Shown piece after piece: positions 37,738 through 46,223 of a stretch of 64,000 bases of DNA. The position numbers and the translations under genes are program-made. This DNA is from an uncultured Gammaproteobacteria bacterium (GTDB taxonomy: Bacteria > Patescibacteriota > Patescibacteriia > UBA9934), in contig CAZTKG010000001.1 of NCBI GenBank assembly GCA_964613815.1, forward strand, positions 136,895 through 200,894, given 5' to 3'. Below the pieces are notes generated by a model. It had not been told where the DNA came from. It ran no database searches and saw nothing but the letters and a program-made list of their open reading frames with translations. Numbering within the stretch: position 1 is the first letter of the stretch; every line of letters begins with the position of its first letter.

Positions 37738-39519
37738 TCAGCGTTTCAACACTTTCAAATACGTCTCACTTGGAATATTCACCTTCCCCTTCCCCATTGC
37801 CATCATCTTTTTCTTTCCTTTCTTCTGCTTTTCGAGAAGCTTTCGTTTTCGCGTGACGTCACCACCATATAGTTTTGCGGTCACGTCTTTTCGCAGTGCC
37901 GATATTCGCTCTCCTGCGACAATCTTTCCGCCAATGCAGGCCTGGAGTTTGATGACGAATTGCTGTTTTGGGATTGATGATTTGAGCGTGTGGACGATTT
38001 TCTTTCCGACTTTGTGAGCTTCTTCGCGATAAACAAACGTTGCAAATGCTTCAACTGGCTCTTCTGCGACGAGGATATCCATGCGGACAATATCGGCCCG
38101 GCGGTAGTCTTTGAGATCGTAGTTCATGCTCGCAAATCCGGATGTCACCGATTTTAGACGGTCGTAAAAATCCACAATCAGCGACGCCATCGGGATCTCG
38201 TATTTGATGATGGAGCGGTCTTCGCTGAGGTATTCGGTGTTTTTGTAGACGCCGTGCTTGTCTTGCGCAAGCTGCATGACGTTGCCGATGTATTCGGCTG
38301 GGGTGATGATGTCTAGCGTTGCCCATGGTTCTTCGATGTGTTCGACGTGGGACCTATCAGGAAGCGCGAGCGGGGTTTTGATGACGTGGGAGTCGCCGCT
38401 GTCTCGCATGAAGACTTTGTAGGCTACGGATGGGACGGTGACCACGAGCGTGATGCCGAATTCTCGTTCTAGGCGCTCTTTGAGGATCTCGAGGTGGAGC
38501 ATGCCGAGGAACCCAGCGCGGAAGCCGAAGCCTAGGGCTGGGGACTGTTCTGGTTCGAAGATGAGGGATGCGTCGTTGAGTTTGAGGCGCTCCATGGCGT
38601 CTCGGAGGGCGGAATAATCGTCACCCTCCTGTGGAAAGATGCCGGCGAAGACCATTGGAGTCACTTCTTTGTAGCCTCCGAGGGCTTCTGCAGGGTCTTT
38701 TTCTAGGGTGATCGTGTCACCGACGCGGCAAGCGTTGATGTCTTTGAAGCCGGTGATGATGGAGCCGATTTGGCCGGCGGCGAGGTCTGGCGTTGAGGTG
38801 AAAACGGGCTTGAGGGCGCCGACGTCTTGGATTTCTGCGGTGGACTTGCTGTTGGCCATTTTTAGTTTTGACTTGGCTTTGAGGGCGCCTTCGAAGACGC
38901 GGACGTAGGCGATGACGCCTTTGTAATCGTCGTAGTGAGAATCAAAAACCAATGCCTGTGTTTGTTTTGATGCTGATCCTTGCGGGGCTGGAATGCGGTC
39001 TGCGATGGCGTCGAGAAGCGTTGGTACGCCCTCGCCTGTTTTTCCTGAGACGGCTAGGATCTCTTCTTTTTTGCAGCCGATGAGTCGAATGAGTTCTTCT
39101 GAGCGACCTTCGACGTCTGCTGCTGGGAGGTCGATTTTGTTGAGGACTGGGATAATTTCTAGACCTTGCTCGAGGGCGAGGTAGAGGTTGGCGATCGTTT
39201 GGGCTTGGACTCCCTGTGTTGCATCGACGAGGAGGATTGCGCCTTCGACGGCGGCGAGGGATCGGGACACCTCGTAGTTGAAGTCCACGTGGCCTGGGGT
39301 ATCGATGAGGTTGTAGGTGAATTCTTTGTGCTGCATGCGGACCGGAGCGAGCTTGATGGTGATGCCCTTTTCTTGCTCAAGGTCCATGGAATCGAGGATT
39401 TGGGTGGACATGTTTCGCTTTTCGACGGTGCCTGTGAGCTCCAAAAGACGGTCCGCGAGCGTGGACTTTCCGTGGTCGATGTGAGCGATGATGCAGAAGT
39501 TTCGGATGGTGTTTGTCAT
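37738..39519 (-). CDS. lepA: Translation elongation factor 4 (LepA)
   Basis: IRNFCIIAHIDHGKSTLADRLL (G1), DTPGHVDF, NKID, and the LepA-specific C-terminal domain. Confidence 0.9.
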   Translation of the reverse strand: MTNTIRNFCIIAHIDHGKSTLADRLLELTGTVEKRNMSTQILDSMDLEQEKGITIKLAPVRMQHKEFTYNLIDTPGHVDFNYEVSRSLAAVEGAILLVDATQGVQAQTIANLYLALEQGLEIIPVLNKIDLPAADVEGRSEELIRLIGCKKEEILAVSGKTGEGVPTLLDAIADRIPAPQGSASKQTQALVFDSHYDDYKGVIAYVRVFEGALKAKSKLKMANSKSTAEIQDVGALKPVFTSTPDLAAGQIGSIITGFKDINACRVGDTITLEKDPAEALGGYKEVTPMVFAGIFPQEGDDYSALRDAMERLKLNDASLIFEPEQSPALGFGFRAGFLGMLHLEILKERLEREFGITLVVTVPSVAYKVFMRDSGDSHVIKTPLALPDRSHVEHIEEPWATLDIITPAEYIGNVMQLAQDKHGVYKNTEYLSEDRSIIKYEIPMASLIVDFYDRLKSVTSGFASMNYDLKDYRRADIVRMDILVAEEPVEAFATFVYREEAHKVGKKIVHTLKSSIPKQQFVIKLQACIGGKIVAGERISALRKDVTAKLYGGDVTRKRKLLEKQKKGKKKMMAMGKGKVNIPSETYLKVLKR

Positions 39520-39523
39520 ATTT

Positions 39524-39611
39524 CATTCCATCTCGACCGAGCGCAGTGAGTGGAGAGATCTTGCCGCTCATGAGCTTGCAGGGATCTCTCGACTACGCTC
39601 GAGATGGGAGG
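39524..39611. repeat. REP-A palindromic element, immediately upstream of the lepA start
   Basis: TTCCATCTCGACCGAGCGCAGTGAGTGGAGAGATCT...GGGATCTCTCGACTACGCTCGAGATGGGAGG. Confidence 0.8.
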
Positions 39612-39710
39612 TGTTGAGTATAGCCGTATACTAGGGAAAATTGGCGGATTTGTCGAGAAAAAACTGACCCCGCACCAGAGCGGTGCGGGGTGAACGATGA
39701 GGAGTGAGGC

Positions 39711-40646
39711 CTATGCCTTGCTCCAGGAGTTCTTGAATTCGAGTTGGCGTGCACGGATAGCCACTGCGAGCCTGTTGATGCTCGCCCAGTCCTTCGTATT
39801 CATCTGCGCACGGAGCTTGTAGCGCGGATGTTGGCCGCCCTCGTACTCGAGTACTGCCTGGAGTCCGGGGAACCTACCATGGGTCGACGGAAGGCTGATC
39901 TCGCCAAGCTCATAGGCCTCGATTGCGGACCAGCTGATCACGACGTCGATGCAGTCGATGGCTTCCTTCAGCTGACACTCACGCCACCACTTCGGGACCG
40001 GGAATCCGCGTGGACGGTAGACCAGCTCTTTGCCGTTTTTGTCCTTGAGGACGAGCGTCTCCCCTTCGATCAGGTAGTGCCTGAACGAAGTGATTGGGAC
40101 GAGGCAGTTCGCATGGAGCCAGGCGGTTGCCGTTTCGGTGTCGACGGAGGAAGGGTGGAGGTCCTCGAGAGCCTTCTGTGCCGTAGCGAGCGCGGCTTGA
40201 ACACCTTCAAGCACCTGTGTCGCCACCCTCCTTGCTGTCGAAGCCCTACCATGTTCGCGGCCCGCTTGGCCTCCATCGACACTGTTCAGGTCAGACATGA
40301 GCTTGTCGATGCGCGTGCGTACTTCTGACGTCTCGATGATACCTGCGAGCGTGGGCGCATCACGTTCGACGATGTGCTTGCGCACTTCCGCGATCGCATC
40401 GTCACGCGCGATCACCGCATTGACGAAGGCGATGTCTGCCGAAGCCACCGTGCTGCGGGCATCTTTGAGCGCTGCTTGAGCGGCCTCCACATCAGCCTGA
40501 GCGGCCGCCTTTACTGCCTTGTGACGCTCTTTGCCGAGCAGCCACTGAAGATGGTCGTCCCTGTAGCCGGTCTTGGCCCAGAGAACGAGGGTTTCTGGAC
40601 CGATCTTGGTCCCCGGTTTGAATCGCACCGTAATCAGCGCTTTCAT
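39711..40646 (-). CDS. Hypothetical protein (311 aa), GC-rich
   Basis: Long ORF with an Ala-rich coiled-coil-like middle and a C-terminal globular region. No recognisable motifs. Confidence 0.4.
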   Translation of the reverse strand: MKALITVRFKPGTKIGPETLVLWAKTGYRDDHLQWLLGKERHKAVKAAAQADVEAAQAALKDARSTVASADIAFVNAVIARDDAIAEVRKHIVERDAPTLAGIIETSEVRTRIDKLMSDLNSVDGGQAGREHGRASTARRVATQVLEGVQAALATAQKALEDLHPSSVDTETATAWLHANCLVPITSFRHYLIEGETLVLKDKNGKELVYRPRGFPVPKWWRECQLKEAIDCIDVVISWSAIEAYELGEISLPSTHGRFPGLQAVLEYEGGQHPRYKLRAQMNTKDWASINRLAVAIRARQLEFKNSWSKA

Positions 40647-40782
40647 GGTTCTCTCCTTGGGTTGAATTGTCGTGCAGTGTTTTCCTGTACTGTTTATGAC
40701 AGGACCGCGACGACCTCGGGAAATTACCAGCTCTTTTCCCCTTTGTCAATGAGCTTGATGCAATCTCTTAACTCATATACGA

Positions 40783-41436
40783 TTGGCAAACCTCAAACCT
40801 GGAGCTCTTTTGAATATTGATGTTACTCGTCACTTTAATGTCTCAGCTGATCGCACCCGCGGACCCAAGCGCCCCATCGTTCGCATGGCTCGGGATGTGC
40901 CGCGGGAATACGCGTATTGGTGGTACGTCTTCCTGGTTGGTGATGGTCAGGTTGGTGCAACTGTGCCGGTGAATCTGGTTCCCTCCTGGGTTAGCAGGCG
41001 GCGGATGAAACGACTGCTGTTTGAGCTGTGTGATGACTGGAAGATGGATCCTTGCAACGGACGCGTTCAGATCTTTGCTCATGTTCGACGACGTCACAGC
41101 GTTCTCCCTCATTCCATCGATGACTTGCATGATGCCATGGACCTTGCGTGCGGCGTGCGCCCGTTCTTGGGAAGACTCACGGAGGTGAGGCCGAGCGTGC
41201 CACGCGTGTCCTGGTGGCTCGAGTGTGGCAAGGTCTACCGAAACGGCGTACTTCTGACCAACGATCTGTGGATGGATTCGGAAACGTTGACCGAGGAAGG
41301 CGTGCCCCGACTCCGTCGCGCTCGCTATTTGCTTGGCATGTCAGCATTTGGCGGCGAAGTCAGCATCGTCACCGCTGAGCCGATTCGCACCTTCCGCGAG
41401 GAATATTCTTCTCGTAGCCGACGCTGGCAGCTGTAA
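40783..41436 (+). CDS. Hypothetical protein (217 aa), GC-rich; the track start is a TTG
   Basis: ORF only. A TTGTCAAT motif lies upstream. Confidence 0.35.
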   Translation: MANLKPGALLNIDVTRHFNVSADRTRGPKRPIVRMARDVPREYAYWWYVFLVGDGQVGATVPVNLVPSWVSRRRMKRLLFELCDDWKMDPCNGRVQIFAHVRRRHSVLPHSIDDLHDAMDLACGVRPFLGRLTEVRPSVPRVSWWLECGKVYRNGVLLTNDLWMDSETLTEEGVPRLRRARYLLGMSAFGGEVSIVTAEPIRTFREEYSSRSRRWQL

Positions 41437-41461
41437 TCTTCGCTAGCTCTTGCTAGCGGTT

Positions 41462-42682
41462 TTATTTTTGGATAATTGCTGAGCCAATGAGCTCATCTTC
41501 TTTGTAAAATGCGACAAACTGCCCTGGGGCGACTGCCCATTGCGGGACCTTGAATGTGACAGTGAGTTGATCTTCGATGAATTGGTATTCGCAGTCTTGC
41601 AGCTCCTGACGATAACGAATGCGGGCTTTAAGGGGAGTGTTTTGGTTGGTTTTGATGGCGCCCTTGGTTGTTTCTGTGATGTTTGTTGCAATGATCGTCG
41701 TCTTGAGGAGGATTTGATCTTCGCGATGCACTACAACGAGCTCGTTTGTGCCTGGACGTTTTTCTGCCACGTAAAGAGGATCACCGCCGCCAATGCCGAG
41801 GCCGTGGCGTTGGCCGATGGTGTAGTAGGCGTGGCCCTTGTGGGTTCCGAGGATGTCGCCGGCGGCGTTGATGATGTTTCCTGGTGATGGCGGGATTTGG
41901 TCGCTGAGGAATTCTTCTAGGGTGATGTGACCGACGAAGCAGAGGCCTTGGCTATCCTTCTTTGTTGCGACGGATAGGCTGTGCGTCTCTGCGATGCTGC
42001 GGACTTCTGATTTTTCGATGTTACCGATTGGGAACATCACTTTTTTTAGTTGGTCTTGCGTGAGACGGCAAAGGAAGTAGGATTGGTCCTTGTTTTTGTC
42101 GATACCAGCGAGGAGGTGGACTAGCTCACCTCCTTCCGATGCGCCTTCTCCTCTCCCATCCTGAGGAGGGGGATAGTTGCCCCCGACGGAAAGATCTTGT
42201 GCGGATGGCAACGTCCCTGCCGCGCGGCATGAGATCCTTCCGTCCGTCGGCTGGCGCTCTCCCTCCTCAGGATAGGAGGCAATATCAGCTGCGTTGAGTA
42301 TGCGCGCGTAGTGGCCTGTTGCGAGATAGTCGCAGCCCAAATCCTCTAACTGATCGAGAAGAAGGCCGAACTTCATATATTGATTACAGAGCACGTCTGG
42401 ATTTGGTGTTCGGCCGGCGGCGTATTCGTCTACCATGTATTGATAGACTTTTTCGCGGTACTGCTCTTCGAAGTCGAAGGTGTGGAGCTCGATATCTAAT
42501 TGCGCGGCAACCCGCATCGCATCTCGACGCTCTGCACGCCAAGTACATTCGCTGCCTGGGATGTTTTCTGACCAGTTTTTCATGAACGCGCCGACGACCT
42601 CGTAACCTTGTTCCAATAGCAAAACAGCCGACACACTTGAGTCGACGCCACCGCTCATAGCCAGGAGAACGCGTTTTTTCAT
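41462..42682 (-). CDS. mnmA: tRNA-specific 2-thiouridylase MnmA, carrying an in-frame REP-B insertion
   Basis: PP-loop LAMSGGVDSSV; conserved ...LATGHYARI and ...KNKDQSYFLCRL. Between them lies about 45 aa (DIASYPEEGERQPTDGRISCRAAGTLPSAQDLSVGGNYPPPQDGRGEGASEGG) that is the translation of REP-B. Confidence 0.85.
   Translation of the reverse strand: MKKRVLLAMSGGVDSSVSAVLLLEQGYEVVGAFMKNWSENIPGSECTWRAERRDAMRVAAQLDIELHTFDFEEQYREKVYQYMVDEYAAGRTPNPDVLCNQYMKFGLLLDQLEDLGCDYLATGHYARILNAADIASYPEEGERQPTDGRISCRAAGTLPSAQDLSVGGNYPPPQDGRGEGASEGGELVHLLAGIDKNKDQSYFLCRLTQDQLKKVMFPIGNIEKSEVRSIAETHSLSVATKKDSQGLCFVGHITLEEFLSDQIPPSPGNIINAAGDILGTHKGHAYYTIGQRHGLGIGGGDPLYVAEKRPGTNELVVVHREDQILLKTTIIATNITETTKGAIKTNQNTPLKARIRYRQELQDCEYQFIEDQLTVTFKVPQWAVAPGQFVAFYKEDELIGSAIIQK
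42153..42279. repeat. REP-B palindromic element inserted in-frame inside mnmA
   Basis: TCCCATCCTGAGGAGGGGG...GACGGAAAGATCTTGTGCGGATGGCAACGTCCCTGCCGCGCGGCATGAGATCCTTCCGTCCGTCGG...CCTCCTCAGGATAGGAGG. Confidence 0.85.
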
Positions 42683-42727
42683 AGTTTGAGATGATAGCTT
42701 GGATTTTGATGTTTGGCAACTGCCTCA

Positions 42728-42800
42728 CTCCCATCTCGACCTTGTGGAGGGATCTGATTGCGGCAGGTGCAAGATCTCTCCACAAGGTCGAGATGGGAGG
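42728..42800. repeat. REP-A palindromic element
   Basis: TCCCATCTCGACCTTGTGGAGGGATCTGATTGCGGCAGGTGCAAGATCTCTCCACAAGGTCGAGATGGGAGG. Confidence 0.85.
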
Positions 42801-42844
42801 AATGAGAATGACAGGAAACAAAAAAGCCCTGCTTGCTGCAGAGG

Positions 42845-43240
42845 CTACGGACGATCGTCTTTGGGGAAGTCGATCAGGATGTTGCAGGTCCCGTAGAAAC
42901 CAGCGCAGACCTGCGGGTCGGTGCGACCGTTATCGCAGACGTGCTCGGCGACGGGGATGGTGTCGGCGTACTCGATCCAGGTGACCGGGCCGTCCGTGAT
43001 TTTTTGGATGAAGTAGGTGACGTTCGGGCCGCTCATGGCGAGCGCATAGCCCGGATGCCCCATCCCGGAGGTGCTTTCGAGGTAGATGTCGAACTCGCCC
43101 CAGTCGATGATGGTGACCGCTGCGCGAGGCGGGGCCTGCACGCGCTCCTCGTTGACGAAGATCGTGTTCACGGGCCAGGCCTTGACCCTGGGAGCGTCGC
43201 CAGCGGAGACTGTGAGGGAGAGAAGGAGCAATGGGATCAT
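42845..43240 (-). CDS. Small secreted hypothetical protein (131 aa)
   Basis: Signal peptide MIPLLLLSLTVSAGDA, 4 Cys. Confidence 0.45.
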   Translation of the reverse strand: MIPLLLLSLTVSAGDAPRVKAWPVNTIFVNEERVQAPPRAAVTIIDWGEFDIYLESTSGMGHPGYALAMSGPNVTYFIQKITDGPVTWIEYADTIPVAEHVCDNGRTDPQVCAGFYGTCNILIDFPKDDRP

Positions 43241-43297
43241 GTCGTCTCCGTGTGAAGTGACGGTTTAATCTAACACTTCTTTAAAGATATGTCAAGA

Positions 43298-43326
43298 TTG
43301 ACACAGCTATTTCTATCATCTATATT
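43298..43326 (+). promoter_or_regulatory. Consensus sigma70 promoter for tRNA-Gln: TTGACA-17 bp-TATATT
   Basis: TTGACA at 43298-43303, 17-bp spacer, TATATT at 43321-43326. Confidence 0.6.
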
Positions 43327-43401
43327 GTCGACACATCACTCCCGGACCCCACGTCGCTCTTTGAGCTATGTTAGGGGTTGATCCGGGATCGATTTTATTA
43401 C

Positions 43402-43475
43402 TCCCGGATCGTCTAACGGCAGGACACCAGGTTCTGGTCCTGGTAATCGGGGTTCGAGTCCCTGTCCGGGAACCA
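43402..43475 (+). tRNA. tRNA-Gln (anticodon CUG), CCA encoded
   Basis: Manual cloverleaf. Acceptor TCCCGGA/TCCGGGA. D-arm GTCT-AACGGCA-GGAC. Anticodon arm CCAGG-TTCTGGT-CCTGG (anticodon CTG). T-arm CGGGG-TTCGAGT-CCCTG. Discriminator A, then CCA. Confidence 0.75.
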
Positions 43476-43478
43476 AGT

Positions 43479-43507
43479 AAAAAAGCTATCTTTGGATAGC
43501 TTTTTTA
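43479..43507 (+). terminator. Rho-independent terminator after tRNA-Gln (AAAAAGCTATCTTTGGATAGCTTTTTT)
   Basis: 9-bp stem, TTTG loop, T-run. Confidence 0.6.
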
Positions 43508-43538
43508 CTTGGTTTGATGTCTATTTGCAAATCCCCCC

Positions 43539-43612
43539 TTCCCATCTCGACCTTGTGGAGAGATCTTTGGATTTCGGAGGCTACAGGATCTCTCCACAAG
43601 GTCGAGATGGGA
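43539..43612. repeat. REP-A palindromic element
   Basis: CCCATCTCGACCTTGTGGAGAGATCTTTGGATTTCGGAGGCTACAGGATCTCTCCACAAGGTCGAGATGGGAG. Confidence 0.85.
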
Positions 43613-43624
43613 GATTGAGGTCTT

Positions 43625-43662
43625 ATTGACAATCCTGTATTACAATTGTATTATTTTAGCAA
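43625..43662 (+). promoter_or_regulatory. Sigma70 promoter for the TA operon (TTGACA-17-TATTAT), with a 10-bp perfect palindrome TACAATTGTA overlapping the spacer/-10; candidate antitoxin operator
   Basis: TTGACAatcctgtattacaattgTATTAT read directly. The palindrome TACAATTGTA is self-complementary. Confidence 0.5.
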
Positions 43663-43677
43663 ACATAATCTATTTCT

Positions 43678-43905
43678 ATGCGACAAGTTGTCAGCCTCTC
43701 TTTAGCTCCCGCAGATGTCAAAAAACTCAAAAGGCGCGTGAAGGAGCGTGGCCTTGCTTCATCTAGCGCATATGTGAAGCAGCTCCTCGACGAAGACGAG
43801 AATCTCATCTCCGCAGACGAGCTTGAATCCATCATTAAAGAAGGAGATGCAGAGTATGATCGCGGAGAGACGGTTTCTGCAAAATCTGTTCTCGATCTTC
43901 TATGA
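43678..43905 (+). CDS. Type II antitoxin (RelB/ParD/Phd-like, 75 aa)
   Basis: Small acidic protein immediately upstream of, and ATGA-overlapping, a RelE/ParE-like toxin. AT-rich. Confidence 0.55.
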   Translation: MRQVVSLSLAPADVKKLKRRVKERGLASSSAYVKQLLDEDENLISADELESIIKEGDAEYDRGETVSAKSVLDLL

Positions 43906-44174
43906 TCGTTCGTGATATTAAATTCACAAAAAGATTTATCAAGGACCTCTCTGGGCTCAGTGAGACTGATCGTGACTTAGTTGCGAAAAAGGAGTCTATC
44001 TTTAGATCCAACCCCCTTCATCCTTCTCTTCGGCTTCATCGACTCAAGGGCAATTTGTCTGGCGTGTGGTCTATTTCTGTGACAAATAAGATTCGCATAA
44101 TTTTCAAACGGAAGGACGGAGGAGTTATCCTGTTTTACTCTGTTGGAAAACACGACATTTACAAAAACCTATAA
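43902..44174 (+). CDS. Type II toxin, RelE/ParE superfamily (90 aa)
   Basis: HRLKGNLSGVWSISVTNKIRIIFKRKDGGVILFYSVGKHDIY matches the RelE/ParE C-terminal fold signature (h.LkG...W..R...YRiiY...). Confidence 0.7.
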   Translation: MIVRDIKFTKRFIKDLSGLSETDRDLVAKKESIFRSNPLHPSLRLHRLKGNLSGVWSISVTNKIRIIFKRKDGGVILFYSVGKHDIYKNL

Positions 44175-44204
44175 AAACTCCTCCCAATTGGGAGGTTTTT
44201 GGGA

Positions 44205-44636
44205 TCAGCGAGGCTCTTCTACCCGCTTGACCATGAGGGATCTCGTGCTTCGTAGAACCTGGAAGATGTGAAGCTTGCCGTCCAGCCAGCACAGTGCAAT
44301 GAGATATTCCCAAAGCATGAATGCAATGGCGCCTCCAGCGGCGAGATGCTGGAATGCTTCCATTGCTCCACTCAGCTTGAACAGCTTGCACTCGATGTCT
44401 GCCGGGAGCTCGTCGTAGAGCCCAATGTGAGACTTTCCATCGATCCGGAGCGTGACCTGTTGCGGGGTGCCATCATCGGCGATGGCATGGATCCCGATCA
44501 CGAGGCTTTTGATGTAGCGATGCGTTTGAATGTGACTCGCTGCGATGTCCACCGCTCCGTGCGGGTTGTCTTCTGTGATCCGCACTTCTCGAATGACTGA
44601 ATTGCTCGACCCGATGACGATTCTTTGGACCTGCAC
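44205..44636 (-). CDS. Hypothetical protein (143 aa)
   Basis: ORF only. Possible PRC-barrel/PilZ-like beta-rich N-terminus; no firm motif. Confidence 0.35.
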   Translation of the reverse strand: MQVQRIVIGSSNSVIREVRITEDNPHGAVDIAASHIQTHRYIKSLVIGIHAIADDGTPQQVTLRIDGKSHIGLYDELPADIECKLFKLSGAMEAFQHLAAGGAIAFMLWEYLIALCWLDGKLHIFQVLRSTRSLMVKRVEEPR

Positions 44637-44716
44637 CTTTTCTCCTTAAAAGAACTGGCTTTAACGTAGCAATCTGCGTATAAAAAGTCCACCCCGTGAG
44701 GGGTGGTTCGAGGGTT

Positions 44717-45529
44717 TCAAACGGGGAGCATTTGATGGAACGCAAACTTCTCGTCGTGCGTCTCGATGTGGATCTTCTCCCAGCTGCCGTCATCGTCGAC
44801 CCAGACCACACCTTCGTACGTGTGCCCGCCGAGTTCGACGAGGACAGAGAATTGGACGCGGTCGGTGGCGGTGCCGTCTCGGACGCCGGCGATGATGATC
44901 CTAGCGTTCCCCTTCGTGGGGGTTCCGCGACGGACGAGGGGGAGAACGATCGCCTCTTGCGATCGCATCATGCCCCAGAGCATGTCAGGCGGGAGCTTGA
45001 TAGGCTCTCCTCTTCCAGCTGCCTTGCGGCGATCCATGATGTCGAGATTGAGCTGGAATGTTCGACGAAGGTATTCGGTGTGTGTCAGCAGCCTATTCAG
45101 CTCCGACAGAGAATGCCCAGCCGGAGCAACGAAGCCCCTGTGCCCCCGACCCCTGGGATTGTAGCAGCCGTAGATGAGCTGAGCACCTTCAAGCTGTCCG
45201 CACGCTGAGTGATACTGTTTCATTTCGCGACTCAAATTGAACCACGAATTGCCACCGGCATTTGCGCGTTCCAGAAAGGCCCAGAACGTGTCCGGACCAC
45301 CCAGTCCGAGATTTACCACACCGAGCAATACGATGCGGACAGACTTAACTTCGGCACACTCGTTGCAGGTGTCGGCATGGGGATGGTCGCATCTCGCCGT
45401 GTGACCACGAATTCCGATCGTCGTTACACGACCCCTGTCTGCCATGGCCAGACTCCATTCATGTACCCCGGGACCGCTCATGACAGACCGTGTGCCGACG
45501 AGCTCGTAGCCCCCTCTTCTTGAGGTCAT
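44717..45529 (-). CDS. Hypothetical protein (270 aa), GC-rich, His/Cys-rich N-terminus
   Basis: ORF only. A metallophosphoesterase was considered but the motif order does not fit. Confidence 0.35.
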   Translation of the reverse strand: MTSRRGGYELVGTRSVMSGPGVHEWSLAMADRGRVTTIGIRGHTARCDHPHADTCNECAEVKSVRIVLLGVVNLGLGGPDTFWAFLERANAGGNSWFNLSREMKQYHSACGQLEGAQLIYGCYNPRGRGHRGFVAPAGHSLSELNRLLTHTEYLRRTFQLNLDIMDRRKAAGRGEPIKLPPDMLWGMMRSQEAIVLPLVRRGTPTKGNARIIIAGVRDGTATDRVQFSVLVELGGHTYEGVVWVDDDGSWEKIHIETHDEKFAFHQMLPV

Positions 45530-45610
45530 GCAGACCTCCTTGCGCTTGTGCGCGGCTTGGATTGCACTGCCGGATGCACCGGTCAGTGTTCTGCCTTGTG
45601 GCGGAAATGT

Positions 45611-46018
45611 TTATATCCTTTCCCAATGCACATGCAGAAGGAACGGGTCCCAGTGCAGGGCGATGATGTGGGTCTTTGTATTGATCGAGACCGCCTTGCC
45701 GGTGAGGAGTGCCTCCGCGGCAAGCTTGATCTGACTGATCGTGAATGGGTGGCAGGTCTTGCCTGAAGGAATTGGCTCTGAACCTGTTGTTCGGGCGGTG
45801 CCGTTCTTCTCGATCCGCATCTCGCCTAGATCATCTCCAACGATGGCGATCTCGGCGGATTCTGACAATTGGAATGTGCTGATCATGTCGATGAATTCAT
45901 GGTGCTCAGCGAACTCTCGCGGATCGCCCCAATTATCACGCCCGTCGCCTCCATGCAGAAAGCTGACGCGCGTAATGACTTCTGTGCCATTTCGCAGCAT
46001 GAATTCGCGTACGCGCAT
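45611..46018 (-). CDS. Hypothetical protein (135 aa from MRVREFML)
   Basis: ORF only. The track ORF starts at 46078, which lies inside REP-C. Confidence 0.35.
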   Translation of the reverse strand: MRVREFMLRNGTEVITRVSFLHGGDGRDNWGDPREFAEHHEFIDMISTFQLSESAEIAIVGDDLGEMRIEKNGTARTTGSEPIPSGKTCHPFTISQIKLAAEALLTGKAVSINTKTHIIALHWDPFLLHVHWERI

Positions 46019-46076
46019 GCTTGCCTCCTGTGTGAATGAGCGGTGTGGGAGTGTAGCAGGGGGGTTGGGAGATGTC

Positions 46077-46192
46077 AATGCGTCTGCGTGTCATCCTGAG
46101 GCACGAAGGACCCATTCGGTTGGCACTACCTATATCGGTCGACGTCGATCGTGGGCACGTATGCAGCCGAATGGATCCTTCGTGCCTCAGGA
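46077..46192. repeat. REP-C palindromic element (GTCATCCTGAGGCACGAAGGACCCATTCGG...CCGAATGGATCCTTCGTGCCTCAGGATGAC), a full long inverted repeat
   Basis: About 21-bp perfect terminal arms plus inner CATTCGG/CCGAATG arms. Related to REP-B (shared CATCCTGAGG core) and to partial copies at 58940 and 62868. Confidence 0.8.
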
Positions 46193-46223
46193 TGACACAG
46201 GGAGGATCTGCTATAATCCACGC

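Noticed and set aside
43330-43401. A second, degenerate tRNA-like sequence just upstream of tRNA-Gln (TCCCGGACCCC...GGGGTTGATCCGGGA)
   Set aside because: It can form a long imperfect hairpin but has no cloverleaf, no T-loop and no anticodon arm. It is more likely a leader-processing stem or a remnant. It is not called.
44717-46078. Calcineurin-like metallophosphoesterase call for the 270-aa and 155-aa minus-strand proteins, on the basis of scattered GD/GH/H-rich motifs
   Set aside because: The candidate motifs are not in the canonical order or spacing (GDxHG...GDxxDRG...GNHE...GH...GHxH). They are left as hypothetical.
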